Positions 61,971-64,000 of a stretch of 64,000 nucleotides of DNA are shown piece after piece. How positions within the stretch are numbered: the first letter of the stretch is position 1; every line of letters starts with the position of its first letter. Under the pieces are notes generated by a model. The model saw only the letters and a list, made by a program, of their open reading frames with translations, did no database searches and was not told the origin of the DNA. The position numbers and the translations under genes were made by a program. Location: contig CAVRGV010000005.1 in NCBI GenBank assembly GCA_963720855.1, forward strand, positions 260,739-324,738, in the 5' to 3' direction. This DNA comes from an uncultured Chloroflexia bacterium (GTDB lineage Bacteria > Chloroflexota > Chloroflexia > Thermomicrobiales > UBA6265).

Positions 61971-63458
61971 CTAATGCGCCCCAGCGCCCATCGACCGATC
62001 GATGGTCTCCATGATCGAATCGAGATTGAATGAACCGGGCGCCTGGCGCGGAGGGAACTCCTTCATCGACTCGATGTGCGCCGCGACAACGAATTGAGCG
62101 CCGGCGATGATGTAGGACTTGCTCAACATCCAGTCCCAATAGGTGTTCGAATCCTGATCGGCGCGCTCGAACGGATCGCGGCGCAAATTGAACAGCTTGG
62201 GCAGGCGAAGCTCGACGAATGGCTCCGCCCAGACCAGCATCTGGTGCGCGCGTTGCTCCAGGAAGACTGCTTTCCAATCGCCGAAGCGGATAGCAACCAA
62301 CTTGGCATCGTCGTTGACGTAGAAGAAGTAGTTCCGCGGGCACTGGTCGCTCTCGCCGGAGAAGTAGTCGAGCATGTTGAACCCGTCGATGGAGACCTTG
62401 TAGGTCATATCGCCGGCGGTGTACCCCTGCTTGCATTTCTCGACGATATCCGGCTCTCCCGCGGCGGCCAGCAGGGTGGGCAGCGCATCCTGATGGGTGA
62501 CGATGCCATTGAGCACGCTTCCTGCCGGAATGTGGCCGGGCCAGCGATAGAACGCGGGCACGCGGTAGGCGCCTTCCCAGTTGGTGTTCTTCTCGCTGCG
62601 GAAGGGGGTGATGCCGCCATCGGGCCAGGCGTTGTAGTGCGGACCGTTGTCGGTGGAGTACATGACGATGGTGTTGTCGGCGATGCCGAGCTCATCCAGC
62701 TTGTCGAGCATCTGGCCGACCAGATCGTCGTGGTACATCATGGCGTCGTTGTAGAAGCCCTGGCCAGACCGCCCCAGATCCTGCTCGCGGGTGTGGGTTC
62801 GGAAGTGCATGTGAGTGCTGTTCCACCAGAGGAAGAACGGTTTGTCATCCTCGACCGCCTTGTCGATAAACCCAAGGGCAGCTTCGGTGATCTCCTCGTC
62901 GATGGTTTCCATGCGCTTCTTGGTGAGCGGGCCGGTGTCCTCGACCTTCTGCGTGCCATCGCCGTTGGCCCAGGAGTGCATGACACCACGCGGCATATAG
63001 CGACTGCGGAACGCTTCGCTCTTCGGGAAATCGGGGTCTTCCGGTTCTTCCTCGGCGTTCAGATGGTAGAGGTTGCCGAAGAACTCATCGAAACCGTGCA
63101 TGGTGGGCAGGAACTCGTCCCGGTCGCCCAGGTGATTCTTGCCGAACTGGCCGGTGGTGTACCCGAGCGGTTTGAGCAGCTCGGCAATCGTGGGATCTTC
63201 CTTTTGCAAGCCGAGAGGCGAGCCGGGGATGCCGACCTTGGTCAGGCCGGTGCGCCAGGGGTTCTGCCCGGTAATGAAGGCAGCGCGGCCGGCGGTGCAG
63301 GACTGCTGGCCGTAGTAGTCGGTAAAGGCGACGCCTTCGTTGGCGATGCGGTCGATGTTCGGCGTGCGATAGCCCATCTGGCCACGATTGTTGTAGCTAA
63401 TGTTCCACCAGCCGATATCGTCACCCCAAAGGATGAGAATGTTCGGTTTCTTGGCCAC
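61971..63458 (-). CDS. arylsulfatase (formylglycine-dependent)
   Basis: KPNILILWGDDIG, SCTAGRAAFITG (C-x-A-x-R). ORF trimmed to GTG 63458 after GAGGTGG. No signal peptide. Confidence 0.88.
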   Translation of the reverse strand: MAKKPNILILWGDDIGWWNISYNNRGQMGYRTPNIDRIANEGVAFTDYYGQQSCTAGRAAFITGQNPWRTGLTKVGIPGSPLGLQKEDPTIAELLKPLGYTTGQFGKNHLGDRDEFLPTMHGFDEFFGNLYHLNAEEEPEDPDFPKSEAFRSRYMPRGVMHSWANGDGTQKVEDTGPLTKKRMETIDEEITEAALGFIDKAVEDDKPFFLWWNSTHMHFRTHTREQDLGRSGQGFYNDAMMYHDDLVGQMLDKLDELGIADNTIVMYSTDNGPHYNAWPDGGITPFRSEKNTNWEGAYRVPAFYRWPGHIPAGSVLNGIVTHQDALPTLLAAAGEPDIVEKCKQGYTAGDMTYKVSIDGFNMLDYFSGESDQCPRNYFFYVNDDAKLVAIRFGDWKAVFLEQRAHQMLVWAEPFVELRLPKLFNLRRDPFERADQDSNTYWDWMLSKSYIIAGAQFVVAAHIESMKEFPPRQAPGSFNLDSIMETIDRSMGAGAH

Positions 63459-63517
63459 TCGTTCCACCTCGCTTTTTTCGCTACCGGCCGCCTCCGGCCG
63501 AATCGACACGCGGCCGG

Positions 63518-63769
63518 CTATCTTGCTGGCTCGATCGCATTGCAGGAAATGGAGAGCAGGGAAAGCCCGAGTCCATCGAGCCCGTTCAGGACGCCCATGA
63601 GCGCCGCCTGATCGGTCACGTTCCCACGCAGCATGCAGACCGGTCCGGCATCTGACTGCGCATTGATCAGCGAAAGCTCGCTGAGCTGATCCAGCCACGA
63701 TGATTTGACCGGTCCCCGGACCAGTATCTCGCAATGCACCTGTGCTGTCTCACTGCGTCGGGGGGACAT
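63518..63769 (-). CDS. hypothetical small protein
   Basis: ..HCEILVRGPV...MLRGNVTDQAALMGVLNGLDGLGLSLLSISC. The pattern recalls small conserved proteins often found near LuxR regulators. The start is uncertain. Confidence 0.45.
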   Translation of the reverse strand: MSPRRSETAQVHCEILVRGPVKSSWLDQLSELSLINAQSDAGPVCMLRGNVTDQAALMGVLNGLDGLGLSLLSISCNAIEPAR

Positions 63770-63858
63770 CGACCTCACCTGTCTCTTGCCACTTGGCGAT
63801 CGACTCCCACTCATCCTAGCGGAGCGGTTGGCCGTTGGTATCGTCCGGAATGGTGGAA

Positions 63859-64000
63859 TCAGGAGGACGGCGCCGCTTCGAGCAGGCGAATCATCTGCCG
63901 GCGACTCGAAACCCCAAGCTTTGCGTAGATATGCGTGGAGTGACTTTTGACCGTTAGCGGAGAGATGCTGAGCTCGTAGGCGATTTCCTTATAGGAAAGC
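63859..64000 (-). CDS. LuxR-family HTH protein, C-terminal part (5' end outside window)
   Basis: Minus strand reads ..LSYKEIAYELSISPLTVKSHSTHIYAKLGVSSRRQMIRLLEAAPSS, stop at 63859-63861. Confidence 0.8.
   Translation of the reverse strand, partial: LSYKEIAYELSISPLTVKSHSTHIYAKLGVSSRRQMIRLLEAAPSS

Overview
High-GC (~63-65%) bacterial chromosomal window. All family calls come from motif reading of the translations; no searches were run. TTGACA/TATAAT-type promoters, Cheo-type GAAC-N4-GTTC boxes and the gene content suggest a Chloroflexi/Thermomicrobia-like or other Terrabacteria genome, but this is inference only. No rRNA, tRNA, CRISPR array or transposase was found. About half of the genes read as intact, including mnmA, prfC, one ABC exporter, an MFS pump with an HxlR regulator, a Rieske oxygenase, a TetR-controlled QOR/ABC-2 operon, a sortase, UvsE, a HAD hydrolase and an arylsulfatase. 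The other half are interrupted by roughly 60 one-nucleotide indels. These include a serpin, an enolase-like paralog with a kinase, two TauE exporters, a CDF, two ABC exporters, a PBP, a STAND regulator, vapBC, a photolyase and an FAD oxidase. The indels sit mostly in short G/C runs and respect gene boundaries, so they indicate either real gene decay or strongly non-uniform assembly error. The most unusual locus is 27.4-35.0 kb. It holds two inverted, outward-firing copies of one consensus promoter, each carrying an identical perfect SOS-box palindrome (AGAACATATGTTCT). Each promoter is followed by a long C-rich non-coding leader, and the two leaders share collinear blocks. Directly beside the left copy is an 0.8-kb G-rich, C-poor block whose ORF uses only G-ending codons wherever one exists, followed by a G-quadruplex motif and a 2-kb low-GC island of orphan small genes. 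I regard this SOS-linked module as the best candidate for something undescribed, but its function cannot be read from sequence alone.
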